From: Macrostomum lignano
Taxonomy: Eukaryota
Length of the DNA stretch: 57,317 nucleotides
Assembly: GCA_002269645.1 (NCBI GenBank)
Contig: NIVC01004164.1
Span: 1 to 57,317 of the forward strand
Direction: 5' to 3'
Below the pieces are notes generated by a model. It searched no databases, was not told where the DNA came from, and saw nothing but the letters and a program-made list of their open reading frames with translations. Positions 11,775 to 24,272 of this stretch are shown in pieces; positions within the stretch are counted from its first letter, which is position 1; each line of letters begins with the position of its first letter. A program made the translations under genes and the position numbers.

Positions 11775-12750
11775 CTACTCCACTCCAGCGCCCTCCCTCT
11801 CCTCCACTCCAGCGCCCTCCCTCTCCTCCACTCCAGGGCCCTCTCTCTCCACTCCAGCGCCCTCCCTCTCCTCCACTCCAGCGCCCTCCCTCTCCTCCAC
11901 TCCAGCGCCCTCCCTCTCTTCCACTCCAGCGCCCTCCCTCTCTTCCACTCCAGCGCCCTCCCTCTCTTCCACTCCAGCGCCCTCCCTCTCTTCCACTCCA
12001 GCGCCCTCCCTCTCCTCCACTCCAGCGCCCTCCCTCTCCTCAACTCCAGCGCCCTCCCTCTCCTCCACTCCAGGGCCCTCTCTCTCCTCCACTCCAGCGC
12101 CCTCCCTCTCCTCCACTCCAGCGCCCTCCCTCTCCTCCACTCCAGCGCCCTCCCTCTCCTCCACTCCAGCGCCCTCCCTCTCCTCCACTCCAGCGCCCTC
12201 CCTCTCCTCCACTCCAGCGCCCTCCCTCTCCTCCACTCCAGCGCCCTCCCTCTCCTCCACTCCAGCGCCCTCCCTCTCCTCCACTCCAGCGCCCTCCCTC
12301 TCCTCCACTCCAGCGCCCTCCCTCTCCTCCACTCCAGCGCCCTCCCTCTCCTCCACTCCAGCGCCCTCCCTCTCCTCCACTCCAGCGCCCTCCCTCTCCT
12401 CCACTCCAGCGCCCTCCCTCTCCTCCACTCCAGCGCCCTCCCTCTCCTCCACTCCAGGGCCCTCCCTCTCCTCCACTTCAGCGCCCACCCTCTCCTCCAC
12501 TCCAGCGCCCTACCTCTCCTCCACTCCAGCGCCCTCCCTCTCCTCCACTCCAGCGCCCTCCCTCTCCTCCACTCCAGCGCCCTCCCTCTCCTCCACTCCA
12601 GCGCCCTCCCTCTCCTCCACTCCAGCGCCCTCCCTCTCCTCCACTCCAGCGCCCTCCCTCTCCTCCACTCCAGCGCCCTCCCTCTCTTCCACTCCAGCGC
12701 CCTCCCTCTCCTCCACTCCAGCGCCCTCCCTCTCCTCCACTCCAGCGCCC
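11775..12750. repeat. 21-bp tandem array (ccactccagcgccctccctctcct core) in left arm
   Basis: About 46 units; mirror array 19170-19835 has about 31 units. Confidence 0.95.
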
Positions 12751-13879
12751 ACCCTCTACTCTCCTTGGTTATCCCTTCGTTACGCTCTTCCCTCCTCTCT
12801 GTTTTACTTACTGTGTCATGCATAACCCGTCTGCTACAGTGTTTTTAAATAGCCTTTTATACCCTCCTCTTTCCCTAGCCCCTCCTCCCCCGGCGGCTCC
12901 CCTTCTCGTAGCTCTGCTAATAAAATCGTAATTCTTCTTCTCTTCAGAATAATTTGCCCAGCTGCGAACTGTGATGGTGCATACCGGGTACTCGCAATTT
13001 AAAAAGCGTATGCTTCTTACTGATTTACTGATTTAATTCCGACGCAACCAAGCAAATCGTTTACTTTCAAGTCCGTGCATTTTTCTTGTGTTTAACTTTT
13101 CACCGTTCGGCGTTAATGCCGTGTGGCGTTGGTGTAATACTATCGCGAAATTCAATTTCCAATGTCATTATCTAACTATTGTCGCTTTTCTGTATTACAA
13201 CTATATACTATACTTCTGCATTTATTGACGTAACATTGTGCCAATAATGTCACATTGTGTGGCCTCAATATGAATCTGTTGCTGAATGCAACTTATAGCC
13301 CATTGACCAGTTTAATCGCTTGAAATACATTGTAATGTAATACTGTATCGCTTTTGGCAATCGAAACGAGACTTTAGCCAGACTCCTCACTGATCCAAAT
13401 GCTCCTCAAGCAAAGGTACGAGTATATGGAAAGCAGACTGAGCTCCGCAGACTTAGTATATTTGATCTTCGGATCGCGGATAGAACCAAGGAAATCTTGG
13501 TACGTAAATAAAATTGGAGTCACTTTTCCTACTTCCACTTTCCCTGCTCTTTCCCTGACCACAGTCTGTGCCCCAGGCTCAAGTTAGACCAACGCAAAAT
13601 ACTAACCTGAATAGGAAGCAAGCAACTCACTTCCCACTCTAGTCTTTTTCTGCCACTGTTGTCTTGCAATACTCGCAAAGATCTCGTATGGCGTCCTATT
13701 TGAATTGGCGCGTCTCGTTAACGTAGTCGAAAGCAATACTGGTGCCAATTATTTGTGTCGATCAAGTTTCCTAGAGAATGATTTGTTGATAACTGTATAT
13801 TCGCTGTCTTAGAGCTGCACGCTGTGTTTAACCATTACTTTGTCGTAGAGGAGCTGATGAAGGGAGGCGTTGGGGCGGA

Positions 13880-14720
13880 CCTTTTGGAGGGGCGGAGCTG
13901 ATGGGGGGCGGTAGCGGCGGAGCTTTTGGAGGGGCGGAGCTGATGGGGGCGGTAGGAGCGGAGCTGATGGGGGGCGGTAGGGGCGGAGCTGATGGGGGGC
14001 GGTAGGGGCGGAGCTGATGGGGGCGGTAGCGGCGGAGCTTTTGGAGGGGCGGAGCTGATGGGGGCGGTAGGAGCGGAGCTGATGGGGGGCGGTAGGGGCG
14101 GAGCTGATGGGGGCGGTAGCGGCGGAGCTTTTGGAGGGGCGGAGCTGATGGGGGCGGTAGGAGCGGAGCTGATGGGGGGCGGTAGGGGCGGAGCTGATGG
14201 GGGGCGGTAGGGGCGGAGCTGATGGGGGCGGTAGCGGCGGAGCTTTTGGAGGGGCGGAGCTGATGGGGGCGGTAGGAGCGGAGCTGATGGGGGCGGTAGG
14301 GGCGGAGCTGATGGGGGGCGGTAGGGGCGGAGCTGATGGGGGCGGTAGCGGCGGAGCTTTTGGAGGGGCGGAGCTGATGGGGGCGGTAGGAGCGGAGCTG
14401 ATGGGGGCGGTAGGGGCGGAGCTGATGGGGGCGGTAGCGGCGGAGCTTTTGGAGGGGCGGAGCTGATGGGGGCGGTAGGAGCGGAGCTGATGGGGGCGGT
14501 AGGGGCGGAGCTGATGGGGGGCGGTAGGGGCGGAGCTGATGGGGGCGGTAGCGGCGGAGCTTTTGGAGGGGCGGAGCTGATGGGGGCGGTAGGAGCGGAG
14601 CTGATGGGGGCGGTAGGGGCGGAGCTGATGGGGGGCGGTAGGGGCGGAGCTGATGGGGGCGGTAGCGGCGGAGCTTTTGGAGGGGCGGAGCTGATGGAGG
14701 GGGGTCGAAGGGGCGGAGTT
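13880..14720. repeat. G-rich compound array built on ggcggagctgatggggg in left arm
   Basis: Direct reading; mirror 17890-18060 is much shorter. Confidence 0.95.
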
Positions 14721-14944
14721 GATGGAGGATGGTTTTTCTATTTATTCGACCGATTGAAGTATACACAACGTATATCGTCATTTAGTCAAGTTTTGAACCC
14801 AGTCATACAAAATATATATTTTTTCATTAATTTCTGTCAATCCTACGCGAAAAATCATAAATCATTTTGTTGCGATTTTGAGTGATTTATGGCCGCACCT
14901 GTCATCTTTTTACGACCCTGTGGGAACTGATAGGATCTCTCGGT

Positions 14945-15075
14945 CACGTGATTCTGGGTAGCAACGAGCTTAGCCAATCAGAAAATTCGGCGCTCATTTT
15001 AACAAAACGGCTCAGCCAATCAGAATCGACGTGTTCCGTTATAACAAACTACGGTCCAGTTGGCGGCTATTTAAA
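14945..15075 (+). promoter_or_regulatory. Pol II promoter-like cassette in the foldback spacer
   Basis: E-box cacgtg 14945-14950; two AGCCAATCAG boxes at 14972-14981 and 15014-15023; tatttaaa 15068-15075. Confidence 0.5.
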
Positions 15076-16549
15076 CCGGAGTTTTTGGCCCGCTCGGACA
15101 CTACTTCTTCTTACTTTGGCTCGGGCCCAGCGCGCAACTTCTGGTTCCCGGAGCACGACCGTCGTTTCTTGATCCCCGGATTGCAACTTCCCCCATCATC
15201 ATCAAGAACGAGTCCCCGGTCGACAGCAGCGAACATCCAGTTAAGAGCATCACCTGCTAGCTAACAGCGAAGATTGTGACAGCATCATCCCGAGTCTACA
15301 GCTGCAGAGCATCGAGCCGATTCGGTCACTGTGGAATACCTGGTCTCCGGCTGTTGAGTTTCTGATTGGTTGGGTGAGAGGCTACCTAGACTTGCTTGAT
15401 TGGGTGATCCCTTTTCTGTCCCCTGTTGCAGTAGCTGAATTAGGCGCACACTTTTGCTCATTTTGTTCAGTAGTGCTGTTGCTGAGGCAGGAATCATTCA
15501 ATAATACTGCCAGCAGTAGTCTAAGACTCCAATTCAATCTAAAGTGTGAAGTGAATTAAGGAGAAGGTTAAATCTAACAGTTATCTTTGTCGGCTTTATT
15601 TCTTTGTTCGCCGATGGCTCAGATGAGTAGCTAAGCTAGTAGGCGCCGGTCACAGTGGACCAATGGCAAGGCAGTTCTCAGTCGACCAATCTAACAAATC
15701 AGTGAGCAAAACTGCCAAAAGTGCAGAATCGGCGCCAGAGATGTACTTTGTGCACTCTAGGGTAGCCAAGCGGCTCGGGTAAATGAATCATGCGGTCTCT
15801 GAGGTTCGAGTTAGCCTATCATCAGCGCTATGAGAGGCTAGTTGGCGCGTTGAAGGCTAAAAGTACATATCTTCGTATTTAGCAATGTAATAGTACATGT
15901 AGCTACCCCATAGACTCGCCACCGCAAGAATCCCCTGCACAAGTCCCCTCTGTACCTGCATGGCCAACGCGATCTAGTCCCAGCAGTGTCCCTTATCATC
16001 GGCTATGACTTCGAGATTGACAGCAAAAAGACACTAGTTGGCAGGTAAGTGCAAAGCCCCTTCTAGTCGGAAGCCCGATTTCGAGAGTCCCGGTGTGGTG
16101 AGCCAGGGCGCACGGGCTGGTGGCAGCAAGTTAGTTGATCTGCGGATTAGCTAATTTCTACTTTCAAAATTCTCCCTGCTCGTCTCTCGCTGTCCCTCTC
16201 TTAGCTATAGGACCTAGACTGCTCGCCACACGATCAAGCTACCATGGGGCTGACCATCTGACAGGAGTGGGGGGCCAGGTCTCTAATTGATTTATTTCTG
16301 AGCCTGAGGCCCGAAGGCTTCCCTAACAAGGAGCCCGAAGGTCGAAACCCATCAATCAGTTTAGTTTCAATTTAAAACACTTGCCTCGTTTTGAGGCCTG
16401 TTAACCAGTTCCAAGGTCTACTACTTATCTCAATGTAAATGCAAATTCTCAGGCTTTATTTTTAGTGTGTAATTTTAGCCATATTTAGACGGCCTCTCCG
16501 ACATGGTACATGTAATTGGATTGAGCCTTGAAAGTACTCAGCAACATTA

Positions 16550-17700
16550 TACATAAAGTGGCGCACAATGAATTAAGACCACCTAACACAAATTCGAACT
16601 TTTATAGTTTCATAACCTTCACAGATTGCGGAAGCATTTAATCTAATCAGTTATAGATAACCGTGGTATCAATCAGTAAAATTATAGTTATGTGTTGTGT
16701 AATTACTCACAATTGAGTCTGTTTAATTGAAGTCCTTATCTCACAATCGAATTTGATAAGTCACACAGTAATAAGACCACTTAATTAATTGGGCTAAAAG
16801 GTAGGTGCTACAACAGTGGGGCCCCTGCTGATTCCAAAGTCCAAAACATCAAGTTCAATACAACTCCAAGCAAAAATGATCTCGAACTCTCCTAGAATGG
16901 GAAAGGCAAAGCTCTATCGCCTGAATCGTGTAGGAAAATCAGGGCCCTGTTCGACCAAGGAGTTTCCCAGCGTGCCAAAGTCACGTACGCAGAAAACGTG
17001 CGTCCAGCAAGCATTCAGGCGCCACAGCAGCACTGGCAGCACAGGCTGTGCCTCAAGACCTGGCAGGGCACCGAAAACTGACCACCGACTGGATCGACGA
17101 ATTGTGCGAATGCCCGAGTCCAACCGTCGGCTAACCGCTGTGGACATCAGCCGTAAACTTTTGGTGTCCAGCTGCACCCCATGACTGTCCGCCGCCGTCT
17201 GGTAGCTGCCGGACTGCATGGCCGCATTGCTAGGAAGAAGCCATTCATCTCCGACAAAAACCGGAAGCGGCGCTTGAACTGGGCGAAGCAACATGCAAGC
17301 TCTACACCCCAGGACTGGGGCCAAGGTCATCTGGAGTGATGAGAGCAAATTTTCCCGCACTGGTTCTGATGGTCGCCGGTATGTGCGCCACCGAGCTGGT
17401 GAGGAATTCGATTCCAGGTGCCCCGTTTGTTCCATGAAGCATGTAGATGGCACTGTCATGGTGTGGGCTGCATTCTCCAGAGCTGGACCTGGGCCAATAA
17501 CTCGCATTGAGGGCATCATGGACAGAGGCTGTAGATGCGCTGCCAGTTTCAGCAGGACAACGATCCGAAGCTTGCTGAGAACAACATCCGCACCATGGAC
17601 TGGCAATCCAATTGAGAATCTGTGCAACTGGGTCGAGCTGGACTGGGTTCATAACTTCACCGAATGACGATAGCTGCATGTGGATCTAATATCCCCACGA
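16550..17700 (+). mobile_element. Decayed Tc1 transposon; transposase pseudogene ~16897-17667
   Basis: ATG 16897; GRAPKTDHRLDRRIVR, MTVRRRLVAAGLHGRIARKKP, VIWSDESKF, KHVDGTVMVW, QQDND, NPIENL across frameshifts. Left TIR-like gtggcgcacaatgaattaagaccac with inner taagaccac repeat. Right TIR not recognisable. Confidence 0.9.
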
Positions 17701-17830
17701 TTACTAACCAAAGAAATAAAATGTCTAGCTTTTGATGAGATTGTGAGACTACATGTACATTACAGTATACACATGTATAAACTATACTAGACAAACAACT
17801 ACACTACCAGCGTAGCTCGAATACACGTAC

Positions 17831-20800
17831 ACGTTGTGTATACTTCAATCGGTCGAATAAATAGAAAAACCATCCTCCATCAACTCCGCCCCTTCGATCC
17901 ACCTCCATCAGCTCCGCCCCTACCGCCCCCCATCAGCTCCGCCCCTACCGCCCCCCATCAGCTCCGCTCCTACCGCCCCCCATCAGCTCCGCCCCTCCAA
18001 AAGCTCCGCCGCTACCGCCCCCCATCAGCTCCGCCCCTCCAAAAGGTCCGCCCCAACGCCTCCCTTCATCAGCTCCTCTACGACAAAGTAATGGTTAAAC
18101 ACAGCGTGCAGCTCTAAGACAGCGAATATACAGTTATCAACAAATCATTCTCTAGGAAACTTGATCGACACAAATAATTGGCACCAGTATTGCTTTCGAC
18201 TACGTTAACGAGACGCGCCAATTCAAATAGGACGCCATACGAGATCTTTGCGAGTATTGCAAGACAACAGTGGCAGAAAAAGACTAGAGTGGGAAGTGAG
18301 TTGCTTGCTTCCTATTCAGGTTAGTATTTTGCGTTGGTCTAACTTGAGCCTGGGGCACAGACTGTGGTCAGGGAAAGAGCAGGGAAAGTGGAAGTAGGAA
18401 AAGTGACTCCAATTTTATTTACGTACCAAGATTTCCTTGGTTCTATCCGCGATCCGAAGATCAAATATACTAAGTCTGCGGAGCTCAGTCTGCTTTCCAT
18501 ATACTCGTACCTTTGCTTGAGGAGCATTTGGATCAGTGAGGAGTCTGGCTAAAGTCTCGTTTCGATTGCCAAAAGCGATACAGTATTACATTACAATGTA
18601 TTTCAAGCGATTAAACTGGTCAATGGGCTATAAGTTGCATTCAGCAACAGATTCATATTGAGGCCACACAATGTGACATTATTGGCACAATGTTACGTCA
18701 ATAAATGCAGAAGTATAGTATATAGTTGTAATACAGAAAAGCGACAATAGTTAGATAATGACATTGGAAATTGAATTTCGCGATAGTATTACACCAACGC
18801 CACACGGCATTAACGCCGAACGGTGAAAAGTTAAACACAAGAAAAATGCACGGACTTGAAAGTAAACGATTTGCTTGGTTGCGTCGGAATTAAATCAGTA
18901 AATCAGTAAGAAGCATACGCTTTTTAAATTGCGAGTACCCGGTATGCACCATCACAGTTCGCAGCTGGGCAAATTATTCTGAAGAGAAGAAGAATTACGA
19001 TTTTATTAGCAGAGCTACGAGAAGGGGAGCCGCCGGGGGAGGAGGGGCTAGGGAAAGAGGAGGGTATAAAAGGCTATTTAAAAACACTGTAGCAGACGGG
19101 TTATGCATGACACAGTAAGTAAAACAGAGAGGAGGGAAGAGCGTAACGAAGGGATAACCAAGGAGAGTAGAGGGTGGGCGCTGGAGTGGAGGAGAGGGAG
19201 GGCGCTGGAGTGGAGGAGAGGGAGGGCGCTGGAGTGGAGGAGAGGGAGGGCGCTGGAGTGGAGGAGAGGGAGGGCGCTGGAGTGGAGGAGAGGGAGGGCG
19301 CTGGAGTGGAGGAGAGGGAGGGCGCTGGAGTGGAGGAGAGGGAGGGCGCTGGAGTGGAGGAGAGGGAGGGCGCTGGAGTGGAGGAGAGGGAGGGCGCTGG
19401 AGTGGAGGAGAGGGAGGGCGCTGGAGTGGAGGAGAGGGAGGGCGCTGGAGTGGAGGAGAGGGAGGGCGCTGGAGTGGAGGAGAGGGAGGGCGCTGGAGTG
19501 GAGGAGAGGGAGGGCGCTGGAGTGGAGGAGAGAGAGGGCCCTGGAGTGGAGGAGAGGGAGGGCGCTGGAGTTGAGGAGAGGGAGGGCGCTGGAGTGGAGG
19601 AGAGGGAGGGCGCTGGAGTGGAAGAGAGGGAGGGCGCTGGAGTGGAAGAGAGGGAGGGCGCTGGAGTGGAAGAGAGGGAGGGCGCTGGAGTGGAAGAGAG
19701 GGAGGGCGCTGGAGTGGAGGAGAGGGAGGGCGCTGGAGTGGAGGAGAGGGAGGGCGCTGGAGTGGAGAGAGAGGGCCCTGGAGTGGAGGAGAGGGAGGGC
19801 GCTGGAGTGGAGGAGAGGGAGGGCGCTGGAGTGGAGTAGAGGATGGGGGCTGGAAAGTAAAGGAAGAGAGGGTAGGGGCTAGAGAGGGGGAGGCGCTGGA
19901 GGTGGAAAGAGGGAATAGTAGAGGCTGGATAGGGAAAAGTATAACGCGGGAAGGATAGGAAAAGCAGGAGGGTATGGAGAGCATAGGGAGGGCATAGAGG
20001 GTACAGGGAGTCCATGGGTGGGTATAGAAAAAGTATGGAGGGTATGGAGAGGTTATAAGGAGAGTATAGGGATGGTATGGAGGGTATAGGGATGGTATTG
20101 AGGGTATAGGAATGGTATGGAGGGTATAGGGATGGTATGGAGGGTATATGGAGGGTAAGAATGGGTATAGAAGGGTATGGAGGGTATAGGGAGAGTATTG
20201 AGGGTATATGGAAGGCATAGAGGGTACAAGGAGGCCATGTATGGGTATAGAAAAAATATGGAGGGTATGGAGAGTATATGGAGGGTATATGGAGGGTATA
20301 GAGGGTATAGGGAGAGTTTTGAGGGTATAAGGAGGGTATAGAGAATAGGAGGGAATGGAAGGGTAGAACGGGAGGGAATGGAAGGGTAGAACGGGAGGGA
20401 ATGGAGGGGGTAGAATGTGAGGGAATGGAAGGGTAGAATGGGAGGGAATGGAAGGGTAGAATGGGAGGGAATGGAGGGGGTAGAATGTGAGGGAATGGAG
20501 GGGTAGAATGGGAAGGAATAGAAGGGTAGAATGGGAAGGAATGGAAGGGTAGAATGGGAGGGAATGGAGGGGGTAGAATGTGAGGGAATGGAAGGGTAGA
20601 ATGGGAGGGAATGGTGGGGGTAGAATGGGAGGGAATGGAGGGGTAGAATGGGAAGGAATGGAAGGGTAGAACGGGAGGGAAAGGTGGGGTAGAATGGGAG
20701 ACACAGAAAAACTGCTTACTAGAACAAATATAATATTAAAGTACACCTTGCAACATTTTTGTTAGCATTAGCTAGATAGAGGCACCTGGAAAAGAGTTGG

Positions 20801-22306
20801 CAATATCCAACTATAACTTATTGAACTTAAGGTAGTTAAATAGTTCCATATTTTCTAGCTCTATAGTTTCGCCTTTTTGAAAGGTGCTTGAAATGCTGAA
20901 TTCAATTTTCCAATTTGAAATCCATTTCTAGATTTTGAATTGCCTTGGGTTTATAGCTTAAAACCCAAGGGTGAAAAGATTGAAGGGCAGGATGGCGGAA
21001 ATTGGGGGATAGGCAGGATAGGAAGGAATTGGGGGTGGGCAGGATAGGAGGGAATTGGGGGTGGGCAAGATAGGAGGGAATTGGGGGTGGGCAGGATAGG
21101 AGGGAATTGGGGGTGGGCAGGATAGGAGGGAATTGGGGGATAGGCAGGATAGAAGGGAATTGGGGAGGGGCAAAGATGGGAGATAATTGAGAAGCATGAT
21201 ATAAAGGAATTAAGAGAGGGAAAAAGTAAAAATATAATGATTGAGAGAACAGACATAGGTAGAGGATAGGCAGACTAGAGTAGATAGGCCTAGGCTAAAT
21301 GCAATATAAGTATATAATTCATATAACAATAAATATAAAGTAAATACACAACTGAACTAATATTAATTAATTTATTCATTAGGAAGGTTATTGGCTTCTT
21401 TTTCTTTTTCTATAGCTAGGCCTATACATTTCATAATATTGGCCTACAACAATTATTAGATTGTTAGACAAGAAGCATAAAATATAATAGGGTCTAAAAT
21501 AGCTAGCCTATTTTAGACCATATACATTTTATAGACTAATAATTTAGTAGGCCTACTCTTAATAGCTATAGGCCTATTACTAAAATAAAATAACATAGCT
21601 AGCTACCTATCATAGGCCTAAAATTGACAAGGCCTTTTGTGTTTCTTTTCATGGTACAAGTATAGAGTGATATTAAAATAAAGAATACAACTAAGAGCTA
21701 AAAAATTATACTAAATACCTGGCAATAAAGAAGAAAAACAAAGTAGATTAAAGCAGAATGCAGTACAAAATGGCCCACATATTGATAAGAAGGCCAATAT
21801 AAGGCCAATAACTGGGTGAGCCAAGGCCACCTAGCTAGCTAGCCATCAAGCTTTTACTTTTTTTAAAGCCAATTAATATCTGCCTGCAACAGGACCATTT
21901 CATCCTTATTGTCATTGTCAAGAGGTCCAAGTAGCTAGTTTATTTTACAATCATTAACCTCCTAATTAAATTTCATTCAGTCATGTCATACATGGCTTTT
22001 TGTGCAAGCTAGGGCGACACATTTCCAAAGTTTTCGACTCTAGACACAAACTGCTTTATTAGTCTAGGTCTTGAATTCATACATACTAACACAATGCCCT
22101 ATACTAATTAAATATGTCGAGCCATTATAATATTGGTTGTGCGTAGGCTTTTGAATTGCGCGCCATAACTGCCCAATACAAGTATATACAGTCCGCTTTT
22201 AATCAGAAGGAAAGCATGTTATGCTGGCAGTCGACATGCCATCTACCCTATCTAATCGTAGAAAACGTTTACCTTTTCTACCGATTAAATCCATGCTGGT
22301 CGGGTG
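17831..22306 (-). repeat. Right TIR arm (4476 bp)
   Basis: Starts acgttgtgtatacttcaatcgg; shorter than the left arm because internal arrays have fewer units. Confidence 0.93.
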
Positions 22307-22312
22307 ATACCG

Positions 22313-22435
22313 ATAATCGGCTATCTTCAAGTTTCGTTCGTTTAATTATTTCCGGAATTATTTCGCCCTCTATTCAAGGGTGGTGGGGGGTGGGTGTTAG
22401 AATTAAACGAACGAAACTTGAAGAAAGCCGATTAT
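22313..22435. mobile_element. Small ~123-bp inverted-repeat element (MITE-like)
   Basis: ataatcggctatcttcaagtttcgttcgtttaatt ... aattaaacgaacgaaacttgaagaaagccgattat; one mismatch; TSD not clear. Confidence 0.65.
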
Positions 22436-23779
22436 AGCTGGACAAGGCTAGGTTTAGGCCTAAATATATGAAAACTAAATGAATTTGGGCTAGGCAACAA
22501 TTATATTGCTAGCTAGCCTAGCCCAGCAGGTAGTAAGTAGGCCTACTTTTTGAATCTATTAAGTCTTTAATAAAATTTTATTTCAATCTTTATATCACTA
22601 ACTTTTTATACAATTAGCAACCTTTGTAGGCTTAATAAATGAATTATATTTAGAATTTTTTTAGAAATATTTAGAAAAGATAAAATATTCTTTTTTAAAT
22701 AATTTATTATTCATTAATAAAAAATAAAAATATCTAGCCTCTCTCTCTATCTCTCTCCCCTCATTGCACTTTGTGAGTGCTCTGCTGGATTGTGCAATCT
22801 ACTGTTAATCTATATATACATTTCTAACTTTTACCAACCCATTTTTGTCTAAATTGTTAAATATAAATAAATAAACAAATAAATTGTAACTAAATTTTAA
22901 GAGCCTGACAATGCCTGATGCAAGGCAAAACATTTTGCATAACAAAAAGTGATACTGATCGTCTGATAGTGCTCATGTTCTTAATTAGACTAAGATATTT
23001 GTCTCTACCTTTGTGTTTGTCTCTGTCTTTGTCTTTGTCTTATCTGTGTCCCTATCCCTATGCTTATCTTTGTCTTATCTGTGTCCCTATCCTTATGCTT
23101 GTCTTTATTTCTTTCCTTGCCCTTGTCTAGTGTTCTGCCATAAAGAGGGTCCATGTGCCATAGCCATAGCCATAAGCAAAACTATGGCTTATTCCGATTT
23201 TCTATATTCCATAGTTGTAGAAACCTCAATATTATTATATTCTTATAGTTCCCATAGCCTTAGCTATAGGCCTAGTTTTAAGAAAAGTCTAAGAAACAAA
23301 TATTTTGAACCACGAATATAACCTAGAACTTAAACAACTGCAAATTAAGGTAGAAAATAAAACAAACACTCAGTTGCCTTTATAAGATTATAACTCATCT
23401 TTATACAAAGAGTAATGATACTTAATCACTATTAAAAGTACTACTGCTGAACTTTTTGACATTAATAAAAGTTAGAGTTTGCTAATGTTTTATTGTACTT
23501 TATTAGATATAATTTATAAGTTTTTAAGTCTATAATATAGTTTACCAAAGTATCTTTGTTTTACTCTACCTATTTGTGTTTCTAATATTTTTTAATTTTT
23601 TTAAATTAATAACTATAGCTATGGGAATCTACAGAATATGACAGCAACTACCATATTTCTATAGTCATAGCCATAAGAGCAGCTAGCTACTGTAGGTGTA
23701 TCCATAGTTGCCGTAGGCACCTATTTTACTATATTTTCTATAGGATCCCATAGCCATAGTCATAGCTACGGCAAAACAA

Positions 23780-24272
23780 TACCCTTGTCCCTATCCCTGT
23801 CCTTGTTTCTATCATATCCCTGTCCTTGTTTTTATCATATCCCTGTCCTTGTTTCTATCATATCTCTGTCCTTATCCCTGTCCTTGTCCACCTTGTCTCT
23901 GTTCCTGCACCCATCCTTGTCCCCACCTTGTTCTTATCCCTGTCCCTGTAACTCTCATAGCTCCTATTCCTGTCCTGTCCTTGTCCATGTCATTGCTCCT
24001 ATTCTTGTCTCTGTCCCCATCATTGCTTCTATTCCTGTCCCTGTCACTGTCATTGCTTATATTTCCATCCCTATCCCTATCATTGCTTCTATCCCTGTCC
24101 CTGTCCCTGTCACTGTCATTGCTTATATCTCCATCCCTATCCCTATCATTGCTTCTATCCCTGTCCCTGTCCCTGTCACGGTCATTGCTTCTATTCCTGT
24201 CCCTGTCACTGTTATTGCTCCTATTCCTGTCCCTGTCCCTGTCACTGTTATTGCTCCTATTCCTGTCCCTGT
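23780..24272. repeat. Degenerate pyrimidine-rich repeat (cctgtc / attgcttctatccctgtccctgtc)
   Basis: Direct reading; similar low-complexity tract at ~23000-23130. Confidence 0.85.

Larger units (their letters stand above)
9214..14771 (+). repeat. Left TIR arm (5558 bp)
   Basis: Reverse complement of 17831-22306; inner boundary ...gtatacacaacgt. Confidence 0.93.
9214..22306. mobile_element. 13.1-kb foldback-type element with multi-kb TIRs and 7-bp TSD
   Basis: Termini CACCCGACCAGCATGG / CCATGCTGGTCGGGTG; ATACCGA at 9207-9213 and 22307-22313; arms reverse-complementary throughout. Confidence 0.9.

Noticed and set aside
10775-12931. 718-aa Pro-rich (extensin-like) ORF and its 583-aa mirror at 18995-20746
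   Set aside because: Starts at GTG, runs through pyrimidine arrays open in several frames on both strands; no splice or codon evidence.
13828-14885. Gly-rich and Pro-rich ORFs
   Set aside because: Translations of the ggcggagctgatg array; unit lengths shift frame.
16550-17700. Tc1 transposase as the mobiliser of the foldback element
   Set aside because: Tc1 makes TA duplications and has its own TIR at ~16550; the foldback has a 7-bp TSD and unrelated termini.
9214-22306. Inverted duplication as a pure assembly artefact
   Set aside because: Exact flanking TSD, arm-specific substitutions and different array lengths argue for a real insertion; still needs read confirmation.
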